Below are positions 9,913 to 19,189 of a stretch of DNA of 64,000 nucleotides, one piece after another. The notes under the pieces are model-generated. The model ran no database searches. It was given only the letters and a program-made list of their open reading frames with translations, and was not told where the DNA came from. Positions within the stretch are counted from its first letter, which is position 1. Each line of letters starts with the position of its first letter. The stretch covers positions 128,001-192,000 of the forward strand of contig CAWEPZ010000009.1 in assembly GCA_963811105.1 (NCBI GenBank), read 5' to 3'. The position numbers and the translations under genes were made by a program. This DNA comes from Candidatus Bathyarchaeota archaeon. GTDB taxonomy: Archaea > Thermoproteota > Bathyarchaeia > Bathyarchaeales > Bathycorpusculaceae.

Positions 9913-10176
9913 CCATTAACATAAAACAATCAACTTGATATGAAGTACATTAGCGTAAAGCGGGCTAAATTTAATTAATTTTGTCTATAAACAATTTTTC
10001 GAGCCTAGGCATTCCCGAAGAGCGTTTAAATCTTACAGCAAGATTCGAAAAAGTCATAAAATTATTAAAAAGACACTGTCTGAGAGAAAAACTGTTATTT
10101 CACTGAAGAAAAGCTTAAAGACGAAAGGGACGTAGTCTAACTTGAAGCAACCGCCGATCATCAAGGTGAACATGAA

Positions 10177-11058
10177 CTGCCTATTTTAGACCTAAACAAC
10201 GTTAGTTCGGGTTATAATAAGCAAACGATCTTACATGATATTAACTTCAAACTACAAGAACCCTCAATTTACGTTGTTTTGGGGCCAAACGGCGCGGGCA
10301 AGACAACTTTGTTTAGAACAATCGCCGTCATTCTGGAGCCATTTAGCGGCAATATTCTTCTTGATGGCCAAAACATAACTTACTCACGTGAAGCTAGAAA
10401 GAAACTGAGTTTCTTCTCGCAGAATGCCATGCCTGAAGAAATGACAGTATATCAGGCACTCAAGTTCTATTCCAATATGGAGGGCGGAGATCCAGACAAG
10501 GCAATTGAACTGCTCGATCTTAGTCAACTAAAAGACAAAAAGTACTCCGATCTTTCTCAAGGGCAGAAAAAAAGAGCGGCCCTCGCAAAAGTGTTTCTGT
10601 GTGAAAGAGACCTCTACCTATTAGATGAACCTACAGCAAATTTGGACCCAGTAGTTTCAAAAGAAATTCGCGATATTATATTAAAGCTGAGCAAGGACAA
10701 AATGATTCTGTACTCTTCCCATAATCTTTATGAAGCAACCGACATCGGCACTTATTTGATCCTAATCAAGAATGGTTCAGTTTCAACGTTTGATAGAATC
10801 TCAAACATCAAGCCCAAGAATTACCGCGTCGGCATCAAAACACAAACGGACATAACAAAAATTGTCGATGCCAAACGTGAGGGCGATTACTACGTCTTGA
10901 GTGTGTCCACCCCCGAGGAGGCTGGCCTTGCTCTCAAAAAAATCGTTGAAACAGGCATCTTAGTTACTGAAATGCGCCAACTAGACAATCCTTTACAAGA
11001 GCTCTTTGAGACATCCGGCGCCGAAAAAGCTACCGAAGGGTCAAAAAATGAAAAGTAA
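10177..11058 (+). CDS. ABC-2 type exporter ATP-binding protein
   Basis: GPNGAGKTT, LSQGQ, LLDEPT; N-terminus PILDLNNVSSGY upstream of track start; probable CTG start. Confidence 0.9.
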   Translation: MPILDLNNVSSGYNKQTILHDINFKLQEPSIYVVLGPNGAGKTTLFRTIAVILEPFSGNILLDGQNITYSREARKKLSFFSQNAMPEEMTVYQALKFYSNMEGGDPDKAIELLDLSQLKDKKYSDLSQGQKKRAALAKVFLCERDLYLLDEPTANLDPVVSKEIRDIILKLSKDKMILYSSHNLYEATDIGTYLILIKNGSVSTFDRISNIKPKNYRVGIKTQTDITKIVDAKREGDYYVLSVSTPEEAGLALKKIVETGILVTEMRQLDNPLQELFETSGAEKATEGSKNEK

Positions 11059-11731
11059 GTTTTTGGTTTTTGCTAAGCGTAGCCTCAACCTAAGTAAAAT
11101 ATATGCGGGAATGGGGCTGGTTCTTGCATCCTTTGGAATTTTTGTGATATACGCCCTATCTCTTCTTGCAGGAAGTTCACGTGCGGCTGTCTTTTTCCTA
11201 CCCGTGTCGTTTATGTCTCTTGGGCTTCTAATTTTTACTATTCCAGTCACATTACTCTATGTATATGACAAAAACAACGGTGTCTTGGAGTATTTGCTTT
11301 CGCTTGGTTGGAACCAAAGCGATATCTTCAAGCAATACCTGAAAGCCGCTCTCTTCCTTGCACTGATCCTCTTAACAGGGGAAGGTGCCGCAATTTTGAT
11401 CGCAGGAGCTATTTCGGGGTCAATTAGTGTTTTTCTCTTGGATTTGTTGATGCTGTTTCTTACTGCGTTTTTGGGTTTATCTGTGGTTTCTTTGGTTACT
11501 GTGGGTATGATGGCTTTTAGTTCGTTACAGAAGCAACGGGTAGGTGCTAACACTCCGCTTGGCTTTGGGCTTGGCGTTGTGTTTATCATTCCAACCTTTT
11601 ATCTTTCTTTTATTGGATTTATTCCAGAGCTCATAGTTGTCCTTTCCCTTTGTATCTTGGCAGGCGGCCTGTCAGCCGGGTTGCTCTTGCTATCGGGCAG
11701 GCTAATTAGAAGGGAAAAAATGTTGCCGTAA
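11048..11731 (+). CDS. ABC exporter permease
   Basis: About 6 TM segments, YDKNNGVLEYLLS; overlaps the ATPase stop. Confidence 0.75.
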   Translation: MKSKFLVFAKRSLNLSKIYAGMGLVLASFGIFVIYALSLLAGSSRAAVFFLPVSFMSLGLLIFTIPVTLLYVYDKNNGVLEYLLSLGWNQSDIFKQYLKAALFLALILLTGEGAAILIAGAISGSISVFLLDLLMLFLTAFLGLSVVSLVTVGMMAFSSLQKQRVGANTPLGFGLGVVFIIPTFYLSFIGFIPELIVVLSLCILAGGLSAGLLLLSGRLIRREKMLP

Positions 11732-12010
11732 ACGATACGGCTCTGAACCTATACAAGTCTGAGGCCCAGTGGATACACATTGGGCATGAAATTTAAGAAG
11801 AAGGACTTAAGCTACCACAAGTTATAAGGTCCCATACTTATCTGCGGCTAAGTCCATAGAGACCTATACCATTTTTGGTTAGAATCCAATTAATTTTGAG
11901 CCAAAACAACTTCGCTTATTTGAGGTTTAAGCGTTGTAATTCTGGAAAGGGATGAGACGAGAAAAGTTATTAGGAGAATTCTGCAAATATTCTTTTGGTG
12001 TTTTTGGTCC

Positions 12011-12391
12011 ATGAAAAAGAATTTTGAGTCAATTGATGAATACATCGCTTCTTTTCCCAAGAAAGTTCAAACTATTTTAGAGCAAATAAGGAAAGCCGTC
12101 AAGGACGCGGCTCCCAAAGCCGAAGAAGCAATTAGTTATAACATGCCAGCGTTCAAACTGAACGGCAATTTGGTCTGGTTTGGAGCATTCAAGAATCACG
12201 TAGGTTTCTATCCACGTGAGTCGGCCATCGAGGAATTCAAGGAAAAACTGTCCAGCTATGAAGTAAGCAAAGTCCAGGGCACTGTCAAATTTCCTTTGGA
12301 TAAGCCAATGCCATTAGATTTGATAAAGGAAATAGTAAAGTTCAGAGTAAAAGAAAACCTGAAAGAAACAAGCGGTTTCAGATACTCATGA
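12011..12391 (+). CDS. DUF1801/YdhG family protein
   Basis: SIDEYIASFP, ISYNMPAF, HVGFYP. Confidence 0.88.
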   Translation: MKKNFESIDEYIASFPKKVQTILEQIRKAVKDAAPKAEEAISYNMPAFKLNGNLVWFGAFKNHVGFYPRESAIEEFKEKLSSYEVSKVQGTVKFPLDKPMPLDLIKEIVKFRVKENLKETSGFRYS

Positions 12392-12401
12392 GTTGCTCAT
12401 G

Positions 12402-12575
12402 CTAAGCCTTCTTCTCGAAGTTGACTTTCACCTCTCCCAAAACCACGTTTTTGGTTATGTCGACGCCGTCTATGTAAACGTGCAAATCAGCCACTTTGCA
12501 GTTCAACCATAAGCCAAGCGCTTTGACTTGAGCCGAAGTTCGGTGGGTTGACGTTAAGATTATTTCTTCTGCCAT
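12402..12575 (-). CDS. Small hypothetical protein (57 aa)
   Basis: Manual translation MAEEIILTSTHRTSAQVKALGLWLNCKVADLHVYIDGVDITKNVVLGEVKVNFEKKA. Confidence 0.4.
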   Translation of the reverse strand: MAEEIILTSTHRTSAQVKALGLWLNCKVADLHVYIDGVDITKNVVLGEVKVNFEKKA

Positions 12576-12661
12576 AAGCGGTCACGTGAATTATTTTGAA
12601 GGCACACCATGCCAAACGATTTATAGAAATTCAGCCAGCTCCTCTATAAGCACTCAATCAA

Positions 12662-13072
12662 ATGAATGAAGAGACCCTCATGTCAACAAATTCTAAAAAT
12701 CTAAGCACAAACATGAACGCAGCTATTGCTTTACTCTACGTATTTACTGCCGCAATTATCGCAGCGTTCATAACAACCATAATTAGCGTTCCAGCAAATG
12801 TTCAGATTCTTGCAGTTGGCTTCATCACGCCACTTGTCGTTCTTAGCTTAGTTTTTATTTTCTATTGCAGGAAAGGGAAAGCTTGGAGTTTTGCTGGAGC
12901 TACTATCCTTGGAGCGATTGGTGTTCTCCTTCGAGTAATTATTAGTACTCAACCCGATATTGAGGTAGGCGGCGGACTTCCAGTTGGTGTAACTGCCCTC
13001 TACATAGTTCTTGGAGCTCTTGTCTCACTCAAAAGCTATGAATCATGGCTAGAACTAAAAGCAGGCATTTAG
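12662..13072 (+). CDS. Hypothetical membrane protein (4 TM)
   Basis: Four hydrophobic segments. Confidence 0.65.
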   Translation: MNEETLMSTNSKNLSTNMNAAIALLYVFTAAIIAAFITTIISVPANVQILAVGFITPLVVLSLVFIFYCRKGKAWSFAGATILGAIGVLLRVIISTQPDIEVGGGLPVGVTALYIVLGALVSLKSYESWLELKAGI

Positions 13073-13157
13073 CGCGCCGAGCTAAAATCACCATAACTTA
13101 TTGTGATTACGGCAAATGAACTAACTATTTAATTGGAACATGCCACTTGGAGTAAAT

Positions 13158-13853
13158 ATGCCAACTGACGAACAAGGGAAAAGGAAAGCCTACAAGGGCG
13201 TAGCAATGGAGGGTGTTATAGCCAAGCAGTATAACAGGATTCAAAAGCACATGATTGAAGAATACAAATTATGGGCTAAACTTGTAAGCGACAAAACATC
13301 TATTGGCGGAAACGTGCTTGAAGTTGCTCCCGGTCCAGGATACTTGTCAGTTGAACTCGCAAAGCTTGGCAACCATAACATAACTGGATTAGACATAAGC
13401 AAAACCTTTGTGGAAATCGCACAAAACAAGGCTACGGAAGCAGGAGTAAAGGTTGATTTTCGTCAGGGTGATGCTGCTGAAATGCCTTTTCTGGATGGAA
13501 CATTTGATTTTGTGGTCTGTACTTCTGCTTTCAAAAACTTTCCAGACCCGATTAAGGTCTTAGACGAAATATTTAGGATTTTAAAGGCAAACGGTAAGGC
13601 GCTGATTATCGATATGAATAAGGATGTTCCCAAAAACAAACTCAACGACTTTGTTGATCGCATGAAATTGAACTTGTTTGACTCTTATTTTACCAAGCAA
13701 ACTTTCAAAGGGTTAGCGAAATCGGCTTACACTCGAACCGAAATCCAAGACATCGTCAACAAATCACGATTTACGCAATGTCAGATTACAGATGAAGACA
13801 TCGGCTTTGAGGTATGGCTGGAAAAGGCAAAGGAAACAGAAAGATTAAGCTAA
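13158..13853 (+). CDS. Class I SAM-dependent methyltransferase
   Basis: VLEVAPGPG, GLDIS, GDAAEMPF, FDFVV. Confidence 0.88.
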   Translation: MPTDEQGKRKAYKGVAMEGVIAKQYNRIQKHMIEEYKLWAKLVSDKTSIGGNVLEVAPGPGYLSVELAKLGNHNITGLDISKTFVEIAQNKATEAGVKVDFRQGDAAEMPFLDGTFDFVVCTSAFKNFPDPIKVLDEIFRILKANGKALIIDMNKDVPKNKLNDFVDRMKLNLFDSYFTKQTFKGLAKSAYTRTEIQDIVNKSRFTQCQITDEDIGFEVWLEKAKETERLS

Positions 13854-14007
13854 TTTCCTCGAGCAGGATTCGCTTAATAGTTTAATTGCATTATTTCAGT
13901 TAATGATTACAGGCCAAAAATTTCTTGAAGTAACTTGTTTTGCCAATTCCCAATTCGACGAGCCGCTATTTTCTTTAAACGAGCAGACATATAGTTTATT
14001 GATTGAC

Positions 14008-15081
14008 ATGAACCTGGAAGATGTCGCCAAGCTTCGGTTGATTAATCATCAGATTGCTTATTCAGCTACCAAAGAACCCGGCGAAGTTGTCGCTTCGCTT
14101 GGCGCCATGCAGGCTCAAGATTATCAATCGGCACTCTGGGCTATTGGTCTTCGCGCCAAACAAGTAACTCTACCAGAGGTGGAATCAGCGATAAGTAACA
14201 GGGCAATTGTCCGGATTTGGCTGTTAAGAGGCACTTTGCATTTCGTAACAGCCCCTGATGTTCATTGGATGCTAAAGCTGTTAGGACCGCAAATTATTGC
14301 AGCCAGTGCTGGACGCCACCGTCAGCTGAAATTAGATGAGGCAACTTTTATGCGGGCTGAGGAACTATTTGTTGAAGCCCTCCAAAATGGTCAGTTGACT
14401 CGAGATGAAATGTTTAAGGTATTGGAAAAAGGAGGTATTTCTCATGAAGGTCAACGGGGCTACCATATTCTTTGGCGAGCAGCTCTGAAAGGGTTGATTT
14501 GTTTTGGTCCACAAAAGGGCAAAGAGCAGACTTTTGCTTTACTCAAACAATATGTACCAAAAGGCAAGAGTGTGAAACAGGCCGAAGCGTTGAGTGAACT
14601 CGCGCATCGTTACTTTTCAAGCCGAGGTCCAGCGTTGCTTGAGGATTTCGCTTGGTGGTCAGGGTTGAAGCTATCTGATGCGAAGATAGCTTTGGAAACA
14701 GCATCTTCTCGGCTCAGGTCAGAAACAATCGAAGGCAAAAGATATTGGATGCCCCACAGTACGCCCGAAAATGCAAAAGAGTTGGCAACAGCGTTTCTTT
14801 TGCCAGCTTTCGATGAGTATATCCTTGGTTACAGCGACCGAACCGCTACACTTGAACAACCTTATTTTAAGAAGGCAGTATCCAACAACGGCATCTTCTA
14901 CCCCACAATTAGCATTAATGGAAAAGTAGTGGGAACATGGAAGCGTACGTTCAAGAAAAGCAACATAGTCATTATGCTCAGCCCGTTTAAGACACTGACC
15001 CCAACACAAAGAAGTTCAATTGCTTTAGCAGCAAAACATTACAGCAGATTTATGGAAATGTCCGTATCAATCACAAAATAA
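14008..15081 (+). CDS. AlkZ/YcaQ (HTH_42) family DNA glycosylase
   Basis: MQAQD (QxQ), LRGTLH, DFAWWSGL, LLPAFDEY, GKVVGTW. Confidence 0.85.
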   Translation: MNLEDVAKLRLINHQIAYSATKEPGEVVASLGAMQAQDYQSALWAIGLRAKQVTLPEVESAISNRAIVRIWLLRGTLHFVTAPDVHWMLKLLGPQIIAASAGRHRQLKLDEATFMRAEELFVEALQNGQLTRDEMFKVLEKGGISHEGQRGYHILWRAALKGLICFGPQKGKEQTFALLKQYVPKGKSVKQAEALSELAHRYFSSRGPALLEDFAWWSGLKLSDAKIALETASSRLRSETIEGKRYWMPHSTPENAKELATAFLLPAFDEYILGYSDRTATLEQPYFKKAVSNNGIFYPTISINGKVVGTWKRTFKKSNIVIMLSPFKTLTPTQRSSIALAAKHYSRFMEMSVSITK

Positions 15082-15142
15082 GGTCACTCGGCACTTTTTA
15101 GTTCTATCAAGCAGCGGATCGTTGAGGCCTGCGCTGGTTGAT

Positions 15143-15730
15143 TTAGTTTATTCTAGCATAGCTCAATTCAACAGCACCCGAATTGAACGTCTTTGTCTCG
15201 ATTAGGTTTAGTCTCTGCCTAAAATCAAGATCTTTTAGCAAAAGTTTTCCTTTGCCTAAAATCACAGGATGAACAACAATCTGGTACTCGTCAATCAATC
15301 CCAGTTTCGCAAACGTCTGTGCTATCGTTGCACCACCCACAACGATCATGTTTTTCCCTGGTTGCTGCTTTAGTCTTTTTATTTCTTCAGCTATGTTACT
15401 ATTAATCAGCATGGAATTTTTCCATTCCACGTTGTTTAGAGTACTTGAGATTACAATTTTTTTGGTTTCATCCGCATATCGTGAAAACTTTTTGTCGTTT
15501 TCGGTGCTCTGAGGATTTTTTGCCGCTGCGGGCCAGTATTTCTCCCATATTTGATAAGTTCTTCGTCCAAGGATAGCAGTGTCCGCAAGTTTGAGGTTTT
15601 TCCACATTTCCTCATGGAGGTCTTTCCACATGGTTTCGTCATTGAAGGGCGGAAGATAATCCATTTCATCGTTTGGTCCAGTTGAAAAGCCGTCAAGTGT
15701 CATTTGCATTGACAAGATTATTTTTCTCAA
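15143..15730 (-). CDS. Dihydrofolate reductase/RibD C-terminal family
   Basis: MTLDG, LGRRTY, GGAT, LIDEY, PVILGKG. Confidence 0.88.
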   Translation of the reverse strand: MRKIILSMQMTLDGFSTGPNDEMDYLPPFNDETMWKDLHEEMWKNLKLADTAILGRRTYQIWEKYWPAAAKNPQSTENDKKFSRYADETKKIVISSTLNNVEWKNSMLINSNIAEEIKRLKQQPGKNMIVVGGATIAQTFAKLGLIDEYQIVVHPVILGKGKLLLKDLDFRQRLNLIETKTFNSGAVELSYARIN

Positions 15731-15872
15731 AAAATCACCAAATTAAACCAATCCAATAGCCTATAAAAATGTTTTTAGTTTGCCGTGGAAGCTTAAAAAA
15801 GGCATCCGCTAAACGCTTTCCGTTCTTCCTAAAAGATGAATAGATACTAATACGATTGTTAGCAATGCGGGC

Positions 15873-16115
15873 TCAATTAGTTTTTGACTTTTCTTTTTTT
15901 GCATCTGCCAATATCTTCATCTTGGCAAGCTCAGGTTTTTGTATGTATAAAATTATCGCGTTTGCGTGACCGCGTCCCAAGCCAAAGTCAGTCTTGAGCC
16001 AAGCAAGTAACTCACCATATTTTGTTAGCCCCTTCTCTTTTGCCAATGCTTGGAAATATTCAGGATCCTTGCCAGTCTTAGCCTTGATGTTGTCAATGTA
16101 TGCTTTATATGTCAT
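15873..16115 (-). CDS. DUF4287 family protein
   Basis: YIDNIKAKTGK, WLKTDFGLGRGHANA. Confidence 0.85.
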   Translation of the reverse strand: MTYKAYIDNIKAKTGKDPEYFQALAKEKGLTKYGELLAWLKTDFGLGRGHANAIILYIQKPELAKMKILADAKKEKSKTN

Positions 16116-16377
16116 AGTTTCTCAACTTGCTAATACCATTTTTCCTTTCCTAAAAGAGTTTGTCATTTAACGTGTAATTATGATATAGGCGAGCAAAGCA
16201 CTAAATAGTTTTTGGTGTGTATACATTGTAGTCCGGATCTTTCATTTATTTGGTTTCGCTTCCTTTCAGGTTCAAATTTTTAAAAGGTCCGTCCTCTGAT
16301 AATTTTTATTGGTAAATTTGGGGTTAGGATACCCAGCGCCCTAGAGAAAAAAAATCAGAAATCAAGTGTTAAGAAAA

Positions 16378-16482
16378 ATTTTGAAAACTTTTGGGTATGG
16401 GGACTTGTACCTTCAAACTTGGCCAAAATTTGCAAAGATTAGTCCTATTCAATGAGGTTGAGTTAGGGACTCACACCGTGTT
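16378..16482. repeat. Conserved right arm, copy A, 5' part (split by IS)
   Basis: Aligns with 23248-23351 (CCTATTCAATGAG...GGGACTCA-ACCGTG). Confidence 0.85.
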
Positions 16483-16571
16483 CAGACTGTGTAAAAACTT
16501 AGGATTAGAAAGAATTATACTTGACCTTCAAACTCGTCTGTAATTGATAGTTGCTTTCGTCTTGCCTTTTT

Positions 16572-18035
16572 TCATGCTTTTACTAAAGCCATTAACACGC
16601 CAACCCCAAGAATGTTGATAGCCCTTCGCATGTTGTAAGCCAACATCGTAAACCCAACCTCTCCTTTAACCTTCCTAAGCCCCTTCAAGAGCAAATAACC
16701 CTGATTGAAAGCCCGCTTCATGGATCCAAAAGGATGCTCCACTATCTCCCTTCTACGGTGCAACTTCTCTTTTCCCTCAGAAGTTCCCAACCGTGATCTG
16801 AGCCGTTCAACAGCGTCCTCGAATTCCCCCCTAAAAATAATCCTGCCACGCTTATTCCTAGTGCACTTGCTCCTAAAACCACACACCTCGCAACAAAGCG
16901 TCTTGTAAACTCTGCCTCGCTCCGGTTTACCCTTATGAAGGCACTTCCAAAACCCCAGATCCTCACCAGCAGGACAAACATAAACGTCCCTAACCGAGTC
17001 ATACACGAACCTGTCAGTATAGAATCCAGGCTCCGGCACCCCAAAACGCTTATGCGGATTCACAACTGCAGGAATGGGCATAAACACAGTTATGCCTTCA
17101 GCCTCACAATCTTTCAAATCCTTCATAACATAGAACCCTTTGTCGGTCGTTACCTCCAATCTTTCAACTCCAAGAGTCTGCTTTGCTGCTTTAGCATCGT
17201 TGACTAATTGATGGTGATCAGTTGAATTGTTTATCACGTCATAATCCACAATGAGATGCTTCTTGGCATCCACAGACGTTTGGACATTATAGCAAACATC
17301 CAGCCTTTGGCTGTCGACTCGCATCAAACGGCTATCTGGATCCACAAGCGAAACCTCCTTCTGCCCTGTCGCCTTCATCTGGTTCTGAGCATGCTCGTAC
17401 TGCTGCTTTTTCTCTTCAAGCCGGCCTATCCTTTCTTTAAGGTCATTGACTTTGAGGCTATCATTTTTGCCTGAGTCGGCTTTGTCATTCTCATCCATCA
17501 GCCTGAGGTATTCTGCTATCTTCTCCTCGGTCCGTTTAAGTCTCAACGCAACTGTGTTCTCGTTGAAATTGTTGCTCTTCGAGTTTACAGCCTTGAATTT
17601 GCTGCCATCTATGGCAATGAGCTGAGCACCATAGAGGTCGAGTGATCGGCATAGGTAGACGAATTCTTTGAATACAGGCTTTATACAGTCGACGTTGTCT
17701 TTTCTGAAGTCGGCAATGGTTTTGTGGTCTGGAGCGAGCTTCTTCATTAACCACATTACCTCGACGTTGCGGTAGCATTCTCTTTCAAATTTTCTGCTGG
17801 ACCGGATCTGGTTCAGATAGCCATATGTGTAGAGTTTTAGAAGGTCTGAAGGATTGTAAGATGGTCTTCCTGTGTCAGCAAGAATTGAGTGTTTGAAGCC
17901 GAGCTTCTCTAGATTGAGGCTGTCTATGAAGGCGTCAATGAACCTGACTGGGTTTTCTGCATCAACGTATTTGTCGAGGGTGTCTGGGAAGAGTATGGTT
18001 TGGTCTCGGTGTGTTCCGTCAACGTGTTCGCTCAT
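16572..18035 (-). CDS. IS1182-family DDE transposase
   Basis: GRPSYNP, SSRKFE, PDHKTIADFR, IDGSK, DKGF, VEHPFG. Confidence 0.93.
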   Translation of the reverse strand: MSEHVDGTHRDQTILFPDTLDKYVDAENPVRFIDAFIDSLNLEKLGFKHSILADTGRPSYNPSDLLKLYTYGYLNQIRSSRKFERECYRNVEVMWLMKKLAPDHKTIADFRKDNVDCIKPVFKEFVYLCRSLDLYGAQLIAIDGSKFKAVNSKSNNFNENTVALRLKRTEEKIAEYLRLMDENDKADSGKNDSLKVNDLKERIGRLEEKKQQYEHAQNQMKATGQKEVSLVDPDSRLMRVDSQRLDVCYNVQTSVDAKKHLIVDYDVINNSTDHHQLVNDAKAAKQTLGVERLEVTTDKGFYVMKDLKDCEAEGITVFMPIPAVVNPHKRFGVPEPGFYTDRFVYDSVRDVYVCPAGEDLGFWKCLHKGKPERGRVYKTLCCEVCGFRSKCTRNKRGRIIFRGEFEDAVERLRSRLGTSEGKEKLHRRREIVEHPFGSMKRAFNQGYLLLKGLRKVKGEVGFTMLAYNMRRAINILGVGVLMALVKA

Positions 18036-18217
18036 TGCTGTTCGTCTCCTTCGGCAGGTTCATCTACTATGACTATGTAGACTGTTTTGCCGAGGTATTC
18101 TTTTGGGCAGGTGACTTTGGCGCCTGTTCCGTAGGCTGTTACTTTTCTTTTTAGGAAGCCTATTATTCCGGTGACTTTGATTTCTGTTGCTGGCTCAAAA
18201 ACTATTTTCTTAGGCAT
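18032..18217 (-). CDS. DUF2080-like transposon-associated small protein
   Basis: KVTAYGTGAKVTCPKEYLGKTVYIVI; inside the IS, overlapping the transposase start. Confidence 0.8.
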   Translation of the reverse strand: MPKKIVFEPATEIKVTGIIGFLKRKVTAYGTGAKVTCPKEYLGKTVYIVIVDEPAEGDEQQ

Positions 18218-18298
18218 ATATAGCTAATATCACTCAATTATACATATAAAACTATCATTCTATCGAAAACCTAACATAGTTTTCACACAGTCTGTGTT

Positions 18299-18462
18299 GG
18301 GGTTAAGTCCGGTCCGACCTAACCTTTTTTTGGATTTTGTTGTAACGAGGGTTTAAACGACGGTGTCAAGCTAGCCCTCGGCACCAAATAACCTTAATTT
18401 GAGGTTATTTTGCAATATTGGGGATAAATTATAACTTTATGGCTGTTCTCCAAGGAGGGGTA
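18299..18462. repeat. Junction A: rest of right arm, tRNA-Phe 3' copy (18374-18386), left arm
   Basis: Closely matches 23352-23516. Confidence 0.9.
18386..18411 (+). terminator. Palindrome plus T-run directly after the att copy (possible terminator or binding site)
   Basis: AAATAACCT-n7-AGGTTATTT; variant at 23441-23465. Confidence 0.45.
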
Positions 18463-18535
18463 ACAAACAAACGGCAGATGGGAATCCACGCGTGCGAAGA
18501 TCCAAAAAAAGATTTGAGCGCGCAGTTGTTTACGC

Positions 18536-18970
18536 TCAATTTTTCTTACGGTAATTGACTGCTACTACTGCGCTGACGGCAATTACAGTTGCGAGCAAGG
18601 CGATTCCTAAGATAGTTAATGTATTGTCCGGTTGGGGTGCAGGAGCGATAAGTGGCGCGTTTTCATCGTTTAGGCTATCTTGAGTAGTGTAGAGTGTGGC
18701 GTTGTCATCGGGTGAAGCTGTACTATTGTCTTGGGCTCTATCTAAGGTTGAATTGTCGTCTGTTGCTGCGGTACTGTCGTCTTGAGCAGTATACAGGGTT
18801 GGATTTTCACTAATTAATCCACCGCCATTGTCGGTTGACGTTGAATCGGGAATTCGAGTTGGATCGATTTGAGCACTTGCACTCGAAATTGCAGTTGCAG
18901 ATAACAAGAACAATGTTAATACCGCAACGGTTAAGAATTTATTTTTCTTGATTTGTGATTTATTTTCCAT
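18536..18970 (-). CDS. Secreted, C-terminally anchored Asp/Thr-rich repeat protein
   Basis: Signal peptide, 17-aa repeats TLxxAQDxSTAxxDDN, C-terminal TM plus RKKN. Confidence 0.7.
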   Translation of the reverse strand: MENKSQIKKNKFLTVAVLTLFLLSATAISSASAQIDPTRIPDSTSTDNGGGLISENPTLYTAQDDSTAATDDNSTLDRAQDNSTASPDDNATLYTTQDSLNDENAPLIAPAPQPDNTLTILGIALLATVIAVSAVVAVNYRKKN

Positions 18971-19022
18971 TTTTAACCGCCTATTCATCTAAGTGGAAGA
19001 ATGTTGAATTTAGCACCATGCA

Positions 19023-19073
19023 TTAGAACACAACATCATAATTTTTGGAACGGGGTGTTCTAAACAATAGAAC
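19023..19073. promoter_or_regulatory. Putative operator between divergent genes
   Basis: TRGAAC at 19024, 19046 and 19068 (22-bp period); TTGGAAC-n5-GTTCTAA palindrome. Confidence 0.5.
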
Positions 19074-19189
19074 GGAGAATTGCTCATTCATCGTATCTTT
19101 TGACTTCCGAAAATGGACATTCGTCAACAAAAGTGAAAAATATTAAATACTCAATCAAAACATAAAAAAAGTCAAAGAGAAAAGTCAAA

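Larger units (their letters stand above)
16483..18294 (-). mobile_element. IS1182-family insertion sequence, 1812 bp
   Basis: Imperfect terminal IRs CAGACTGTGTAAAAACT / AGTTTTCACACAGTCTG; TGTT duplicated at 16479-82 and 18295-98. Confidence 0.92.
9913..18386. mobile_element. tRNA-Phe-integrated cargo unit 1 (no integrase)
   Basis: Bounded by GCCCTCGGCACCA at 9900-9912 and 18374-18386; ends in the conserved arm. Confidence 0.7.

Noticed and set aside
9740-9922. ORF MLMVVPRAGFEHAT as an SSV-type integrase N-fragment
   Set aside because: It is the antisense of tRNA-Phe, and no integrase C-fragment lies next to any att copy
11760-11940. Possible fourth degenerate arm (TTGGGCATGAAATT, TTATTTGAGGTT)
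   Set aside because: Short matches in inconsistent order, with no tRNA core or AACGACGG repeats
15086-15093. CTCGGCAC partial att core
   Set aside because: 8-bp match without arms, compatible with chance
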